Source: an uncultured Thermus sp.
GTDB taxonomy: Bacteria > Deinococcota > Deinococci > Deinococcales > Thermaceae
DNA: 24,177 nucleotides
Reading direction: 5' to 3'
Assembly: GCA_947085095.1 (NCBI GenBank)
Contig: CAMTVD010000038.1
Coordinates: 1 to 24,177, forward strand
This document shows, piece after piece, positions 23,802 to 24,177 of the stretch (its first letter is position 1; every line of letters begins with the position of its first letter). Below the pieces are notes generated by a model. That model saw only the letters and a program-made list of their open reading frames with translations. It made no database searches and had not been told where the DNA came from. The position numbers were made by a program, and so were the translations under genes.

Positions 23802-24040
23802 CTAATGCCAGAGTAGGAGGAACCCAAGCAAGAGGAACCCTACTCCGGGCCAAGGATAGGGTTGCCTCAAGAGGACGTGAAGCAGGGTGACCCCAAGGAG
23901 AGCCAATAGGGGATGGGGCAGGAGTTGGCCCGAGAGAGCCAAAGAGAGGAGGCCTAGAAGGGCATTGAAGTCGTAGAGGCCAACAAGGAGAATCCCAAGG
24001 CGGGGAACCTTCCTGAGGGCGAGGAGATAAAAGCCCGCTA
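23802..24040 (-). pseudogene. C-terminal fragment of a small membrane protein interrupted by IS630
   Basis: Open frame from the IS junction with no start codon there: AGFYLLALRKVPRLGILLVGLYDFNALLGLLSLALSGQLLPHPLLALLGVTLLHVLLRQPYPWPGVGFLLLGFLLLWH*, with several hydrophobic segments. Not in the ORF track. Confidence 0.6.
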
Positions 24041-24177
24041 AGTACCCTCCCCCAAGATTTTCAACTCCACACCCCCCAGGGCCTTGAGGGCCTGAACCAC
24101 CGCCTCCCTAAGCTCCTCAACCCCCCCGTAGTGCCGCCGAGGCATCAAAAACCCCTTCACCCGCCGCCACACACCCT
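24039..24177 (-). mobile_element. IS630-family insertion sequence, 3' end (second copy, inverted)
   Basis: Exact reverse complement of 1..139; identity stops right after the TA target. Confidence 0.85.

Noticed and set aside
22538..24040. Integron (IntI plus attI and cassettes)
   Set aside because: No obvious IntI-specific insertion in the recombinase, and no attC-like repeats or cassette array seen.
1..24177. CRISPR arrays, tRNA or rRNA genes
   Set aside because: No regularly spaced direct repeats or structural RNA signatures seen; intergenic gaps are short and accounted for.

Overview
GC-rich Thermus-like window, probably an assembly contig, with identical 139-bp 3' ends of an IS630-family element pointing inward from both edges; each copy appears to interrupt a gene. 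The left 15 kb is a four-gene operon of secreted DUF11-repeat proteins: an IS-truncated putative major subunit, a paralogous adaptor, a 1789-aa outer-membrane beta-barrel protein and a 1586-aa beta-helix adhesin. The termini are complementary. Two proteins end in a DUF11 domain lacking its last Asn-bearing strands, and one begins with exactly those strands. I infer a sortase-independent, donor-strand-complemented, possibly isopeptide-crosslinked pilus with its own barrel anchor or translocon; this is a model, not demonstrated. The right part holds back-to-back ppk1/ppx, a PfmR-like TetR operon (acyl-CoA dehydrogenase, MaoC, SDR) with a visible promoter and operator, bacterioferritin, an HxlR regulator, a Xer-like tyrosine recombinase with a dif-like site in its own promoter, and IS or gene remnants. 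All calls come from reading the sequence; no searches were run.
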